A DNA stretch of 64,000 nt from Gordius albopunctatus (Eukaryota): assembly GCA_964276515.1 (NCBI GenBank), contig OZ193909.1:9300001-9364000 (forward strand). Direction: 5' to 3'. The number at the start of each line of letters is the position of its first letter. The first letter of the stretch is position 1. Positions 61,938 to 64,000 of the stretch are shown here, piece by piece. The notes under the pieces are model-generated. The model saw only the letters and a program-made list of their open reading frames with translations. It did no database searches and was not told the DNA's origin. The translations under genes were made by a program, and so were the position numbers.

Positions 61938-64000
61938 CTTCTTTATCAATTATTTAATCCCACAGCCTTGGGGTTTGTTTTGATGAGTTTCTTCCATCTT
62001 GATGGTGCATTCTTAAATTTTATAACTTTGTCGATTTGTCCTCACGTGACACTAGATTGTGCTCTTCTTTTCCGGTACCTCCATGTCCTGTATTTTTCTA
62101 ATTACCGTTAATCATGTCCGCCATAGATTGTATACACATTTTCGTCATTAGAAAGTGATTTGTCATATGGTCAAGCTTAGTGTACACAAAGCTCTACCGT
62201 ATTATTAATGGCCATGTTTTAATTCCATAGAGTAACACCGCTCTAACTATAATTTTGTAAACTTTGCACTTGAACCATATTGGCATTCTCTTGTCGCACA
62301 TTACACCGTTTTTTGATCTTAGACATTTAAATCATATCCAGCTAAGCGCTTTGGCCACTTTTCGGCTTTTTAGAATACTTTCTCCTTTTCTTCGCGTATT
62401 AATAAATCATCGGCATATAGCATACACCACGGCGATGGCTTTTAAATGTTTCGTTATCGCGTCCATAATTATATTAAATGAAAAGGGACTTAAAGCAGAT
62501 CCTTGATGTAATAAAATTTCAATCCGTAAAGGTTTTGAGTCTCCAACTGTCGTCCTAACGCAAGAGTTTGAGGCTTCATAAATATTTTTCATAAGCCTTA
62601 TATATGCATCAGGGATATTTTGTTTTCTCAAGCACCACCATATTAAATCGCGAGGGATCGTGTCATAAGCTTTCTCCAAGTCGATAAAGACCATATGTAG
62701 GTCTCTTATCTTTTCACCATATTTATCTATCATTTGTCTTAGTGCGAAGAATAAATTGTTATGGATTTGCGCCCATATTTGCACCTCGTTTTTCAGCCTT
62801 GTTACTAAGATCCTTCCATAAGCTTCAAGACATGGCAAGTTAGCATGATTCCTCTGTAAATCCCACTCCTGAGGGTCTCCTTTGACCTTAAATAGGGTAA
62901 AATCGTGCATGTTGTCATTGATTAGGAATTGGCTCTTCTACCAATATTTTATTAAGGAGATTCGTCATGATGGCGACTCCTTCTTCACGGCATCCGACCA
63001 ATGCTTCCATAGGTATTCCATCTGGACATTATCTTTTCCTTTTTACATCTTTATCATTTTTGTCCTAACTTCATCCTTCTGAAAGAATTCGACTATACTT
63101 ATGTTTGGGTCAATATCTGAAGGAGAATCTTTGTCATTTGCAATATTTATAGGTTTCTTGAAATATTCTTTCCATCACTTCCTTCGGCGGTTTGACCCTT
63201 CTTGTTTTGACTATTTTAAGAACTCCGACATCGCGAATTTTCTTCTCCCTTATCTTGGCCAATTCGTAAATAAGCCTGTCACCCCCTTTATGGTCAAGTT
63301 TATTTTCCATCTCGGTTTACGCGGCATTCTTCGCTACCTTTTTGCGGCTCTTTTTGCCTCCCTATACTCTTAAGAATCCTTTGAATTTTTTGATTTATGC
63401 CACCGTCTATATAGATTTTTCTTTCGGTGAAATCTCTAACCGATTGATCCCACCACCATAGTTTTCTATTCAAAGCCTTGCCTCCTTAGGTCTGTCATAG
63501 AACTATAATGGCTATTTCCTTTGTCGTTAGTTAGCGTCTCCCAATCGTCGCCTGCGTCCCTTTACAACTTCCTTGCACCCAAGACAAGAGTGAGGAGGCT
63601 TTTTGATGGTATTTTTCGTTCGTCGACGTATCCAGCCTTTCATATGGAATTCGAGGTTTTTATCTTCTTTCGGGGAATACTTTTCTGTCAATATCCATAA
63701 CAAGGGGACGATATTGCCTAGCGATTTCTTCTACCGGTATTACTTTACAATTCTTGATACTCCATAAGTTCTTTCGCCGTATGAGCAGATAGTCAATTTG
63801 ACTGAAATACTTCCCACTTCTATGAGCCACAATATGATCTTCGCGTTTTTAAAAATAGGTGTTAACGAACGCTATGTCATATGTTTGGGATACTTGGAGA
63901 TATCCCCTTTTTGTTCTTCAGACCATGCCCATAGCCCCCATGATTGTGTTCATACCCGAGGCGATCTTTCCCTACGTGAGCGTTGAAATACGCTACAATA
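61938..64000 (-). mobile_element. RTE-clade LINE, degenerate, antisense within a PTB intron; may continue beyond the window
   Basis: Minus strand: endonuclease GYEHNHGGYGHG, VNTYF and SGKYFSQIDYLL…CKVIP; RT LHMVFIDLEKAYDTIPR, LHQGSALSP and frameshifted MLYADD (~62407-62423); later GVMCDKRMP…KCKVYKIIVRAVLLYG; C-terminal RWKKLIKTNP followed by a short GAAG-type tail. Confidence 0.92.
62407..62910 (-). pseudogene. Reverse transcriptase fragment of the RTE LINE
   Basis: ORF-track peptide with FALRQMIDKY…FIDLEKAYD…HQGSALSP; the frame shifts just before YADD. Confidence 0.9.

Noticed and set aside
61059..63986. ORFs 61059-61316 (-), 62264-62506, 62882-63082, 63101-63373 and 63798-63986 (+)
   Set aside because: Opposite-strand shadows of PTB exons or of the RTE LINE; none resembles the missing RRM3/RRM4 sequence.

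Overview
AT-rich eukaryotic (probably invertebrate animal) genomic DNA, not prokaryotic. Bases 1-49905 are one head-to-tail tandem satellite of about 145 monomers (~344 bp, ~27% GC). The array has nested higher-order structure (8-mer, ~20-mer and a ~21-monomer master order), and the many 61-aa ORFs in the track are by-products of it. The array ends abruptly in rearranged shards of an RTE-type LINE. After ~3 kb of unique DNA with MITEs comes a decayed, internally deleted Ty3/Gypsy LTR retrotransposon (53003-56114, 5-bp TSD ATTTG). About 300 bp further on starts a spliced polypyrimidine-tract-binding protein (PTB/hephaestus) gene on the + strand: 12 exons readable by eye, five introns of only 37-41 nt, and a 34-nt exon matching the vertebrate autoregulatory 'poison-skip' exon. 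An antisense RTE LINE fills the last intron seen; the rest of the gene presumably lies beyond the window. I found no convincing new protein-coding system. The most notable items are the conserved 34-nt PTB exon, the satellite architecture and the satellite/LINE junction. All alignments and counts were done by hand.
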